A stretch of 62,909 nt of DNA, the filler included, from Choristocarpus tenellus KU-1152 (lineage: Eukaryota > Protista > Phaeophyceae), in the NCBI GenBank assembly GCA_964200185.2. It is 10 parts of 10 records of this genome, joined end to end, with 100 filler letters (N's around TTAATTAATTAA, not from the genome) between each part and the next. Parts side by side here need not be neighbours in the genome. Positions count along the whole stretch, not along the records: positions 1 to 9,918 come from CAXNAD020003284.1; positions 10,019 to 15,512 come from CAXNAD020010612.1; 8 more parts are not named here. One strand, given 5' to 3'. Shown here piece after piece: positions 1-12,087 of this stretch. The position numbers and the translations under genes are program-made. The notes under the pieces were generated by a model. The model was not told the origin of the DNA and did no database searches. It was given only the letters and a program-made list of their open reading frames with translations. Each line of letters starts with the position of its first letter. Positions within the stretch are counted from its first letter, which is position 1.

Positions 1-66
1 CCGGTGATTCTCTCCGCCACCCTTGCCTGAGTGAACCACGCCGCCACAGAATCACACGATTAACAT

Positions 67-119
67 TGGAGACACCGGTGAGATTCGAACTCACGCGTGC
101 GAAGCATACGAACTTAGCA
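67..119 (-). tRNA. 3' half of eukaryotic-type tRNA-Ser(GCT) with terminal CCA (fragment; reads as an extended primer-binding site (PBS) on + strand)
   Basis: Minus strand reads T-GCT-AA-GTTCG-TATGCTTCGCACGC-GTGAG-TTCGAAT-CTCAC-CGGTGTC-T-CCA: anticodon loop, variable arm, T-arm, 3' acceptor strand, CCA. The D-arm and 5' acceptor strand are absent (A-rich sequence instead). Confidence 0.75.
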
Positions 120-271
120 CATCAACTTCGTTTCTTGTTTTTTGTCTTTTTCTTTTTGACAATGAATTTCATTTTGACATACAGTATCTGATTCTTATAG
201 TGGATTTTCTTATCTCCATTAAACAAAATACCATAACAAAATCAAATCCAATAAATATCAAGGTAAAAGCA

Positions 272-482
272 ATGATCAATAACTTCATAGGAGGAGGCCA
301 GGTATTTCTGCATAAAGTTAGAATGCTCAGGCAAGTTCTAGGTACTACTCTCTTTGTGTCTATTATTGCCGGTTGTATTCTTACATGGACCATGTCCTCT
401 GATAAATATGCAAAATTAGATATAGATGGGGCAATAACCTAAAATAGCATTAACTCTACATCCTGCAATATCGGCCATAAAT
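272..482 (+). pseudogene. traD: N-terminal fragment of F-type conjugative coupling protein TraD, Rickettsiales-like
   Basis: MINNFIGGGQVFLHKVRMLRQVLGTTLFVSIIAGCILTW resembles the TraD N-terminal GGQ-x5-RM-xxQ motif plus first TM helix. Stop at 440-442, with an apparent continuation (KIALTLHPAISAI) in a shifted frame. AT-rich, with AAGGT upstream of ATG 272. Confidence 0.6.
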
Positions 483-884
483 AAACTATTATGCCCTCTG
501 ACATTTTGCAGATGTGCCAGGGGGAAATCAATGAAAACTATATACATATGTGTATATAAAATGTCCTAAACATAAGAATACTGTAAGATAATGCGTGATA
601 ACCACTAATCAGTTAAATACCATAATGTACTTCATTTTGGGCAAACATTTCTATTTTCCTTTTATCGAACCAATAATATAAACATGATCAATATGAGATC
701 TCTTTTATAGACCAACTTAACAGACAAATCACACCATATATTCTGTGAATAAAGCGGAATGTACCACAAGCTCTACAATTAAGAAACACCTTTCAGCATC
801 ACAAACAATGAACTATGTTGGGTAAAGATAAGTTGCAACTCCATCCTCAGTCAAAAACAGGTCCATTGTAGAAAGGGGTTAACA

Positions 885-3800
885 ATGATACCTTATAGGA
901 GGTTGCTCTGGGTAGCAGCGATCTTTGTACTGCTATGCACGTTTACAAGCGTTACTGGTAGCACACTTGAGGAGTCCTTCGAGTTAATGAAGGATCAGAT
1001 GCCTCAAGAAATGGTTGTGCATCGGGTCATCCCACCGTCCGTTGAACGAACAGGCACGTGCGAGCCAGATGACCCAATGGAGAGAACGGATTTATTTCTT
1101 CCTCTAGGGATGAAAGACTCGCCAATAGACCCTTTTCATTTTCGAAGTTTGGAGCTCTTCATGCCGTGCTACGGTGATCTTGTGATCATCATTGAACCTG
1201 AGTCGGTCAGCATGCTGTTCTAAGTAATTCCGCTCTATGCATACGTCTTTGTGGTGGGGGCACCTCTTCCTCTACACTTTGGATACTTAACACAACAGTT
1301 TTTCAAGATGTATTCGGACGTCTTCACGACGAACGACTACGTGCTCATCCTTGAAGCGGATCTCGTGCAAAATAACAACGCCGTTGGAGACGGATTCTTT
1401 GACGAACAGGTGAGTTCAAATGGTCAATGTTGTGATGTACTCGAAGGAATAAGATCCACTGGCACTGGCTGTTTGGAAGTACCTTGCTGGTGCGAATCAA
1501 GCTCAAGTCGAACAAGAGCCATGACTCATATTTTAATGAAAACAACTTGGTTGTAGGGCTGAAAAACGTGCCATGCGAAAAGATATTTGCTCACTATCCA
1601 GTCCTGTTAACAGTGAGGTCCCCGGATCACTGTTTTACGTTATCTACTCCTTTTACGCTGCGATCGCAGGAAGTAAATAATATCCTAAGCAAAAGACACA
1701 TCACAAAGTCATCTTACACTATGGACGGGAAAATATCAAACTCTGGAAATATTGAGTGCTAGCTCCTCTAGAGCCTTAAAGCATATCTTCACAGAACTTT
1801 AAGAAGATAACTTTTCGAGTTAACCAAACTGAGAGGTAGGCAAGATTGTATTATAAGGTTCTCGAGAAAGGGCAAAAATATGTCATTTTGTGCAATTGCA
1901 GAAATAGCCTTTACTGAACTGTGGTGTCGCTTTTTGTGTGGAAAGAGGGGGAATATCAATTTTGCGTAAGCTATTACGAACGTAAAGTAATGAAGTATAG
2001 TGCATTGCCCAGGTTACAAAAGGTGACTTAGAATGCCAAAGGGTCCAAACCTACCTACCTCTCGATTGGTTTGGCTCTTCACAAAAGGCGAAACTGTATG
2101 GGCATAGATGGAACCAACGGTCACTAGACCCTCTCACCCCCTTATTTGAAGGACCTGATTGAATTTTTTTGGATGACTGGAATATCCCTGGCCCATCATC
2201 CGATAATATTGCTGTCATGGGGATCGCTGCACAAATTTACCGTTTGAAGCACTTGATGTCGTTAGATACATACGACCTTCCTTTCCGGCACCTCCATACC
2301 TCTAGAGACTGAGCATGCACTGGAATGCTTTGAAATACTGAGAGTATTATACAATAGTGCGTATTTTCTTTCAGCAGCAAGGGCATTCGAATTCTTGCAC
2401 AAATAACTTTGCAATACGACTGATAGTACTACATTGTTTCCCTTACCAAACCGAAAATCTAATAGCAATTCCCACTGAGGCTTTACTGGGGATCATTGTC
2501 GGGGTGCAGCCTCCTTGTAGCAATGGTAGAAACACGCTTGCTTTAATGGGCAAGTAAAAAAGTAGTCAGCTGTTTATCCTTGGTCGCTCTCCATTTGGGA
2601 TTGGGTTTTATGTTTACCACATTGGTCTTTCACGGGAGAGGTTGAGAACAGAGTGGGATTCTTGGGTGTTGTGTGGAGGTAATGTGATGGAACTCTTAGC
2701 CACTACAAGCCCTGTGTTACTCCCCATAGACTGGAGGTAATTGATATGCATGCCCCAAAATTTTGCTTGACGTAGTTATACCCCACTTGATAAAACGTTA
2801 GTGTATTCAACCTGATACAAATGCAATCTTTACTAAAACACACTTCAAGGTCAATGAACTAATCGATGTTTGGTGTAATTGCTCCATTGCCAGTACTCTG
2901 ATATGTATTATCTGGTGCAGCCATCAATGTAATCTTCAACCTTAAAGAACTATACGGCATCGCCTGTTCCATTGGAAGGACGACCTCTTTATCCGTCTCT
3001 GTTGTAGTCCTCTGCCTGTCGATCCATATAACACTCTCCCAACTCTAAACCTTCACCTCGATTGAACTTGTGTCACCTAGGAAGACAGCATACCAGTGCA
3101 GAAATAGTCAGTTTGCTATAGAATGTTTGATGATCCTTGGATGATGTTTTTGTCACGAGACTATGTATTCTTGATAAACAGATTATGAAGAGGGTGGTAT
3201 CAGTCTCTACTAGACCAACCTAGTGTATCATGCAGATCTACCTACATCTTAGACTGATTCAAAGCCACGCACAATGTGACAAGACAAACGCCCAAACCCC
3301 ATACATACACCATACGGTACATCCACTTATGGTATAGTTTGAAAATATATATATATATTGCACTAGGGTAATAGTGCTATCTCGTCTTGTCTAATGTGTA
3401 CCATGAGCAAATTGCTACTACGCAACAGCTGGCTTCGCTGTTCAGTCCATGCTCTCTTCCCTGGTGGTTTCTAGAGCGTGTCAAACATGTACTCTACACT
3501 TATTCTGTGAATTATATTTCTATTAAATGAGTTTGCAATATGGTTAATGTTTGAAGTGTGTTTCATATGTACAATAGAGGCGGCACCCATAGATACCCAA
3601 CCTATACATACATATGCATGTGTATTTTATTACTGAAGCATGAATTGCGGGGTGGGTATGTTCCAAACAATTTTCATGATCTGCAAAATATTCTTGTATC
3701 GCATTTTTTCAGATAGGTATCTTGAAGCATTTTAACAACACCCTATGCACACTTCAGATCTCATTTTGTGATGTTGAGATGTTGCAAATATTCATAGTCC

Positions 3801-5088
3801 CTACCTCTCATGAGATAAAAGATTTTAAATAAATGGAGAATTCTATACTTAACCAAGACCTCAATTATATTGCCTTGATTGTAAACTGCCCTCTATTCCT
3901 TGTGAGCAGGGAAAGATTAGGGGCTATTGTCGTATGTTTGATGACCTTTACTGGTGTAAGACAGGTTGCGACGTGTGGAGAAAAGGGACAGAGCATGCTT
4001 TAGGTCTGCCTACGGACCGGGACTGCCTGTATAGGACACCACTCCTGTTTCCCCGGGAGATTTTTGGAAGGGTGCGAGACCATATGGAAAATCATCATGG
4101 GAAACCTCTTATTCGCATCATGCAAGACTACTTCGCTGGGCACAGCAAGGCTTGGGAGGTACGTAAAGCTCTGAAGCAGGTTGATGTTTCCCACTTCAAT
4201 AGCTCACCTGCCCACTACCAATTGCATTTTGGAGGTCGTCTGCTTGGTTGTGGATCAAAGACTTGGCTTGACCTAGAGCCTAAGGTTCAAACTGAAATTT
4301 TGCAGTAGAGAGCAAAACTATCCCCATGGATCACAAATACCTTTGTGTTGACCAGTATGTGCCTGTTACATCTTGCTCTACCTTGACTTCTAAGACATTT
4401 CGAAGATCTATGTATCCTACAAATACTCCAGTTGTATCCGTTTCGCCTGTAGATATTGTCCAACCAATATGCTCTCCAAGCAATACACAGAGCTGTGCCA
4501 GAGCTCAAGGTAAGGAGTTGGGTGTCTTCTGCCTGGTGCAGTATTTGCCATTCATAGTATTTTGTTGTTTCTAATGTCCTATTATTTGGAGAAACATTGG
4601 AGGAGGGTCCTATTGAAGGAGGATACAGGTATACTTCGCTGTACATGGTAAACACCATAATGCATATACTGCCCTTCGTTATGTGAGGCACCTGATAGGG
4701 TGGAGAAGAGACCCTATCACATTTCCTCTACCCTTTCGCATCTTGCATTTCGTTGATGATTCTATGCAGAATTCTACCCCAAAATACCCTTCCCCTTCTG
4801 AGCCATATCACCCCCAAATCACCTGTGCAGGCGACAGACAAATTGTTTTCCGAATTCAACATCCTCAACACATATGGTAGGGTATACATGGCAGAGCTAT
4901 TCGACTTCACCACCATCGACCGAGCTGGGATAGATACACATAGCTGCTTTAGGCACGTGGGTGGTGAGGTCAGGCGAAACCCCAACATTTGGAATCCAAA
5001 GGCAACTCAACAGTACTTTAAACTAGCACAGAAATATATGTACGAAGAAGCTTGTACGTTGTATCCAACAAGCCGTGGATATGGTTAA
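885..5088 (+). pseudogene. DUF6492-like (GT-A fold glycosyltransferase-like) signal-peptide protein; 3 exons; in-frame TAA at 1221-1223
   Basis: Exons 885-1409, 3910-4158 and 4831-5088 join in frame via GT-AG introns. Hydrophobic N-terminus; motifs GYLTQQFFKMYSD...YVLILEAD, PLLFPREIF..VRDHME.HH, FSEFNIL. Confidence 0.65.
1817..2077 (+). mobile_element. MITE family A copy (~260 bp)
   Basis: Terminal inverted repeats (TIRs) GAGTTAACCAAACTGAGAGGTAGG / CCTACCTCTCGATTGGTTTGGCTC; aligns with 21169-21431 and 47849-48108. Confidence 0.8.
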
Positions 5089-5629
5089 GTCCTCCACTTC
5101 CCCTCTCTTTTCTGGGCTCTCTTTGGGTTAAGGGGTTTAAAGGAATCCACCTACTAGTGTCTGGGTTTTGATCTGATAGAGGGGGATGCTTCATAAATGG
5201 AAGAGATTTGTACCAGCCAAAACATATGGTCCTATCCAGTCCGAGGGGGGGAGGTAGTGAAGTCAGGTGGACTTTCCTCTTTGTATTTACTGTGTGATAA
5301 TAATACTCTGTTTGTAGAACTAAGATTGCTCATCTATTTGTTGACTCAAGTAACCCAATACAAGCCTGTATCACATAGGGCATCATCAAGAGCAGTGAGG
5401 CTACGGCCTGTAAATGATCACCTTCGAAGACAAGGCCTTCTGATCCCACATAATACCTGGGGTTTACCACAGATGAGTCATTAATATCAAAACCTGAGGC
5501 AGTGAAGGGAGAGAGTTGTGGGCGCCCATGTTGCTAATGCTTTTAGTCAGACACTTACAAATAAAAATACTGCTATATGTTAGTCCTATACATGTTCCAT
5601 CACAAACTTTGCTCGTTGTCTTAAACTCT

Positions 5630-8600
5630 TAGTGGCAAATTGTTGGTCAACATGTCTTCTCTCTGGTTTGCATTACAAACAAAAACAACACGAATCTCTC
5701 TTTTTCTAGCCAAGTCCCTTAAAAAATGGTGTCGGATATCGATGTGCTTTGTTCTATTAGACCTTGTGGTATTTCATACTAATTTGCATGCACCAATGTT
5801 GTGGCATTTCGTACCAGTTTGCATGCGCCATCATTGTCCTCAAACATGTCAAAGCAACGCCTAAGGAATTGTGGCTCGAATAAACTCAAAAACACTTTTC
5901 AAGAAAAGTTCCTTTGCCACACTGTTAAGTGCTATGTACTCACTCTTCGTTGAGGACAGATGTACATCCTTTTTAACCTTTGCATCCAAGATATAATTTT
6001 TCCTCCAGTTACTGATCTACAATAACTACAATCTGCAGCATAACTAACATCACCATAGGCACATAACTCGCACTAGGTAGCGAAACCACCAAAACTCAAT
6101 CCAGCACTGGGACACGCATCCAAATATATGCTAAAATACAAGCTAATGTGTAAATTTGGGATTGCCACTTGTACTTGGCAACTTCACGAATTGCATTTGC
6201 AATGTCTAGCCTTGTCATGACAGTTGCCCACATCAAACTACCATCTGCCTCTCTGTACGGATATCCTTGGATGATCATCACTCTTACACAATAATTACTC
6301 TAAAAAATACTGTTGTACTTAGTCCAACTAATGCTAACTGCCTTTGCAATTCTGTCATGTGAAATCTCGCAACCCATACAGTACTTCAAGATCACCAAAA
6401 TCTTCTATAGAAAGCTGTTCCTTGATCCTGGATCGAACCCAAAAGAAATAATCAGGTATTCTTGCCACCATGAGGTCATCAGCGTGACGACTATTACACC
6501 ACAAACAATGCAATCTCTTTCATAGCGTAGCACATAGGGATTTGCTTTGCATTGCTCAAAACCACATTGTTCCAAAATGTACATCAACAAACGATTGAGC
6601 TCCATGCTAGCTTGTTTGGTGCTGCCATAAAGAGGTTTCACCAAACGCGTAACCTTTCCCAAAGGCTCAAAGTGTCTAGGGAGGGGTGGCATCTGTCTGT
6701 TTAGTCATTTTTTTCATGTCGTGATTGCTGGGTGATTTGGTTGCTTATGTTGGATGGACAATGTAAATGCCCTTTTCCTGATTTTGGTCCAAATGGACAC
6801 CCTGGTGTAGATCCCCCCCCCCCCCATCCCCCAGATACTCAGGGTTTTGTATCTAACTACGTCGCCAAATTTACTGGTCTTACGCTTGTGAATCCATTTA
6901 GTGTCTATTGCCCTGCGTCCAGGGGTTATTATGGCCTCCACCCAAAAATTAACCAAAAACAAACCAGATATCTCTTATGCTCTGGCTCGATCCCATAAAT
7001 CACAATCAGGAGAGCAACCTGCTGCTCTTACAGTCTTGGGTTCTGGAGGGGCTTCATCCGCTGACACTCGAATAGAATCATCACTCACAGGCATCAGAAG
7101 TGTAGTCTCAATGGAAACAGAAAAACATGCCAAAAAAATCGAAGGCATCATAAAAACAGCAGCTTTGACATCCTGACAGTTACCGTATCTGGTTTGGTGA
7201 GGAAGGTTATTGTTTTCACCATTTGCAGTGCTAAGGCACCAAAGTTTCCTGTCTCTTCGACTGTTATCAGTCATCGTCTCATCATCCCTGTCGTCATTTC
7301 CATCAATGGTTGTCATCATCCACAGTTTCAACACCATTGATCCATGTAGTTTCAGACTCATCACCATCACCTAGTCCTCCTTCAATCCAGGAGATTTCCC
7401 CCTCATCATCATCACCCTCCATCTCCTGAATTGGGGTAGTCCTTATGCGTGTATGGAGAGGAAGGATGTACCCTGGGGTATCATCAAATTCATCATAATG
7501 GTCAAAATCAGAAATTAGAAATCGTACCCTGCCATCCTTGGTGGGGTGCCAATGAAGGTCAGCTCGCTGGAGTGCGCTGTTAGTTGTGAAGTCTAGGATG
7601 TGGAAAGTGCCACGGGATTTGTAAACTGACATCCCGAGCATGAGGCATTGTTGGGCACAGCTCCCAAGCTTGTGTCCTGGGCTACACTTGTAGTGTCGAA
7701 AGCCGGTAAGCCCATTAGTGACCCAAGTTCTCCATGAAGTGTGTGATAAGGCGAGATCCCCTTAGTAGCAACAATAGTACTTTTGTTGAGGACGAATGCT
7801 GAATGATTATACATGCCTCTCCTCAAAACCACAGTTTCTCACCCAATCCCGCAGAGTAAATGCTGGGTCAGTCACCACTGTCAAGCTCAGTGATGCGACG
7901 ATCGGCCACACCATTATACTGGAGTTCTCCTGTCCTGGCCATTTCCTGCACTGCACCCATTTCCACCACCAAAGTCTGAAACTCCTCAGTCTGCCACTCA
8001 CCCCCAGGATCATGTCAAATATATCGAATGCACCGCCCACTGGGAATTACTTCGGTCTTGAACCATCGCCCAAGGGCCTTGGCTGCATTGTTCTGTTCAG
8101 GAATAAGTGAATCCAGATGAAAAGTGTGGCATCATCGACAATTACTAGGGTGTACTGGGCTCCACCGAGAGATCGAACTTTTCTTGGGTCCAGTGAGACC
8201 AATGAAAACACGGGTGAATCCTCTTGCTCAAACAGTGGTAGAGTTGGGGATGGGGTCACTGATTTGAGTGCCCTTGGCACACCCCGCACATTTTGTTGAT
8301 GCTAGATTTCCGGACAGCTTGATTCCTTGTTATCTTGCTGTGCAGTGGGGGATGTGCGCACTAGCACGGTTCAAAATGCGATGAAAAAAGTTGATGTGCA
8401 TGGATGCAGACGAGACATTTACAACAAGAGGTGCATGGTCTGGGGGTGGTAGTCTTTCGACATCAGCTGTATACATGGATTCGTCCCACATAAAAACAAG
8501 TATAAGACCCTCCCCATCAGATATGTAGTCCGCCTCACCAGTTTCCTTGATGGTAACGTCTTTTGCCATACCCGCAGAACGTGATAGTAGATTGGATGCA

Positions 8601-9400
8601 AGATCTGGGACTTGTGCAACAGACACCAAAGTAACACGCGCACCCACTCACCAAGGCCTACATTGAAATTTAAATCAAGATTGCCATACCCCATAATGGG
8701 TAGTAATTTGCCATCAGCCACGGTCATGTTGCGGTCTTGTGGACATGTGGTGAAGTCACACTTGTAAGTTGGGCTTTTCGTCACACTATTTGATGCCCCC
8801 GAATCAATGCACCATCTTTCTAAATCACATTGACTCACCTTGCCATTGTCAGTCACAGTGGCTAACATGGTTTTAAACTTTCTCCCTTTTCCTTTCCTAG
8901 TGGCTCCTCCTTGGATCCAGCTAATTCACTAACTCTGACTTTAACGGGGTCGTACTCCTCTAGCGACAAACATACTACAGGTGTCCCTTATTCCCACAGC
9001 TGAAAGACTGTCCTTCAAATATGTAAGGACCGGTATGTCTGACCAACCCACACGTGAAACATTTTTCAATTGCCTTGGTCTCACCCCTGGCATGGGATCC
9101 TGCATGGTGCCTGCCTATCGTACTGTAGGCACCTCCATGGTAGACCCTCAATGATCTCTTCTACTAGCTCACAGTCCCTGTGGCAAGATCACTCCCAGGC
9201 TCTCTGCGATACACTGCCTCTCGTTGTAGTGAGAAGTAGCTCAAACAAGCAGTGTTTTGAATCATCGGCCTCGAACGCTCACCTTTATTATGATGTTGGA
9301 GATAGTGTTTGGTGATTTGGTAGTCATCATCAAAACAGTCCAGCCCAGCAATTTGTAGAACTTGTTCCGACCTTCATTGCCATCTGTCCTACCCAGTTCA
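5630..9400 (-). mobile_element. Degenerate Ty1/copia LTR retrotransposon gag-pol
   Basis: Domain order on minus strand: zinc knuckle (SCGNKGHL*YVC, ~8960-9010), protease WCIDSGAS (~8790-8815), integrase GGAQYTLVIVDDAT (~8130-8170), RT AIDTKWIHKRK and LVKPLYG..KQAS, RNase H TKHIDIRHHFLRD (~5715-5755). Many stops and frameshifts; boundaries approximate. Confidence 0.9.
6664..6841. mobile_element. MITE family B copy inside the copia RT
   Basis: GGCTCAAAGTGTCTAGGG...CCCCCAGATACTC; aligns with 48312-48486, 48660-48839 and 62707-62890. Confidence 0.8.
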
Positions 9401-9918
9401 ACATGGTAGTAAAGGTGACTCGCGGCATCTTGACGCTCTGTCGGAAATGAAGGTGCAAGAGACCAAGAAAGTTCATCTACAAAGTCCAGAGCGCAAGACC
9501 AAGACAGAAGCCACGGAGCTAGTTCTGTAGCATTATGCAGGCTATTAGAACAAGTGCAATACTACAGTACTTTGCATTTAGAGCAGGTTAGGTTGAAGTA
9601 CAACAATAATCCTACATACAGTAGATGCCCCGATTTTGTTCACCCATGGGCATGCCCCAAAAAAGCGGTACAGAATTGATGTGGTACAATATCGTTTAAA
9701 AGAAAACCGAGGAAATCAATCGTCGAATCGAGTAATTCATCGTGGTGAGCTGGGAAATCAATCGTAAGCTTCATGGATAGGATGGAAACAATTACAAACG
9801 CTTTGTTTTAATGATGTTTATGTGTTAATGCGCATCTCCTGCCTCGCCATAAGGAAGGAGAATACTGTATGTACCTTCTACCTCAGAGTCTCTTCAGCCT
9901 TTCTAAAACATATTGTCG

Positions 9919-10018
9919 NNNNNNNNNNNNNNNNNNNNNNNNNNNNNNNNNNNNNNNNNNNNTTAATTAATTAANNNNNNNNNNNNNNNNNNNNNNNNNN
10001 NNNNNNNNNNNNNNNNNN
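9919..10018. other. Artificial contig linker (also 15513-15612, 19851-19950, 26042-26141, 28659-28758, 38703-38802, 50479-50578, 55368-55467, 59494-59593)
   Basis: Identical 100-nt N44-TTAATTAATTAA-N44 spacer with stops in all six frames. Confidence 0.98.
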
Positions 10019-10045
10019 TTCAGCAAAAAAAAAGGTTGTTTAGCC

Positions 10046-10097
10046 GAAACGGACGCCCCCTCACAAACCACCCCCCCCCCCCAAGATACTTTGACCC
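10046..10097. mobile_element. Terminal inverted repeat of a family-B-related element at the contig start
   Basis: AACGGACG...CCCCCAAGATACTTTGACCC is the near reverse complement of the terminus starting at 12088. Confidence 0.65.
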
Positions 10098-10149
10098 TTT
10101 CGCTGGTTGGCCTTGTCCCCACATAGACCTCGAGTTTACTCTGCACTAG

Positions 10150-11140
10150 ATGTACCTGACACACACCTGTGGATGCAATATAGTTAAATTAAAACATCCA
10201 CAAAACCCTTCTTCACAAGGTGACAAATCTCTACACAGAGCATGAATCTCTACCTTTGAATACACCAAGGAATGCCCTATATCGCTGTACCAGATAACCT
10301 CTGACTGTGCAAAGCATGTCACTAGGTTCATCAGCATGAATTCACCGGTGCTTCATTGCGATATGACTGATAAAAACCTGAGGGGGAATAGTGTGAGGCT
10401 CATAACCTGTTGAAACCTTAAATTGAATTAATCGGGCTTTCTTGTGCAGTGACAGGCTTGTAGAGAAGGGGTATCATAGTGCAGTAAAGCGCTAGTGAAT
10501 TTATTCTGACGAACCTGGTGACATGCTGTCCGTAGTCAGAGGTTGTCTGGTGTCAAGTTGGGGGTATTCTTTGAGACACTCAAAGGAAGGAATGCATGCT
10601 CTGAGAAGAGGTTTGTCACCTTTGAAGATTGGTTTCTGAGGATGTTTTAACTCTGAATGTATTGCATCCAGATGTGTATCAGGTACACGTAACGAAGATT
10701 GTGTTTGATCCTTTAGTTCGGGGCAATGCCAACCAGAGAAAAAGAATAGTCAACATATGATATGCAACTAGAGACTCTGATGTCTAGAAAAATGAAACAA
10801 AGAAACAAACTTGAATCAATATATGTGAAAACTCGTATGGCACATGCTACGCTTGTATGTTCATAGGTAGCGACTGTTCTATGCTTTCCTATATACCATG
10901 ATGTTCTCACAGTGATTGGTGATGCTGTGAGGAGGTGTTAATAATGTAAAAGGGAGTAAAGACTAACTGGTGATACTGTATCGTGTCAAGAACACAAAAG
11001 ATGAGTAGCCATTGTTTTAACAATGACACCCCTCCACCACAATCAACCTGCCACCGTACAAGAGCACGATCCATTCAATCCCAGGTTCCAACAGGCTATG
11101 AGCCTCACACGATTCCCCCTGGTCTCCTCTACTCTTGACA
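10150..11140 (+). mobile_element. Older LTR copy split by the 10368-11022 insertion
   Basis: 10150-10367 and 11023-11121 are consecutive homologs of the reverse complement of 10378-10688. Confidence 0.7.
10368..11022 (-). mobile_element. Solo LTR-like insertion (655 bp)
   Basis: TGATAAAA...TTTTAACA termini (TG..CA) with 5-bp TSD ATGAC at 10363-10367 and 11023-11027. Confidence 0.8.
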
Positions 11141-11599
11141 AAATACACATGAAATTTGAACGTGTTATTCGAACTGACGAATGAGAGTGTGGTCTACACG
11201 ATGGTGAGATTGGTTCGACTAGTTGTGTTGCAGGGAAAGAGTTGTGTTGAAAATATACAGATCTCCCTTATTTTCCTTTTAGACAGTCTTTGTGCACATA
11301 CTCTGGAGTATATATAATATTTATGGTCTAATACCTCTGTCCACATTTCTTTTTATCATCACATTAGTCTCAGGGATCCCAGACCTGTGGTCAAAAAAGT
11401 AGTTCAAAGAAGTCGATACACACTGCTTGAAAATAGGCCTCAACAATATTTAGGAAAAATAAATGAGTTGAAGAAAACTAGAAAGAAATTACATGAAAAG
11501 GAAGAGTAGAGGTTGCAGGAGGAAACATCATCACACACAATCCAATGAACAAAGGATGCAAGAGAATACATAAGCCCACAAAGAAAACAGCATTCAGCA

Positions 11600-12050
11600 G
11601 ACAGCGATCAAGGTGGTGCTGATTACTTGGGCAACCATAGTTGCTGCGTTGGTGTGATGAACATTACTACCTATATCACAACTTCTTTAATGTGCCATTT
11701 GGCCATGGACCCCGTTGTGCTGTGCCAGCCACACTCATACCTCTCCTGTTGGCTAGAGTCCTACTTCGTGTTCTAACCCTCATCTCCAATCCAATTTGTC
11801 AAGATCATGTTGGGACAAGTTCACCGGTTCTTCTCCTGTCCACCTTGCTTCCATTTTCCTTTTGCAAGCTCCCCAAACAACAATATCTTGGGAATTCGCT
11901 CATCCCCTATGCAAACAACTGGCCCAGCAAATAGGAGCCTCCACTTGCGCACCATTGGCTCAATACTGGTGTTTTATTGTTGTTATTCCCTTTTACATTA
12001 TTGGCACCTCATCTTAGATCATCCATTACTGTTAGAACATAATTATGCAT
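11600..12050 (-). mobile_element. 3' relic of RTE-like LINE
   Basis: Minus-strand VRKWRLLFAG...ERIPKILLFGEL...GGQEK, typical of the RTE ORF C-terminus. Confidence 0.7.
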
Positions 12051-12087
12051 AGGAACCATGAAACAGTTAGCACCTATCAAACATACA

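Noticed and set aside
67-119. Functional tRNA gene
   Set aside because: No D-arm or 5' acceptor strand lies nearby.
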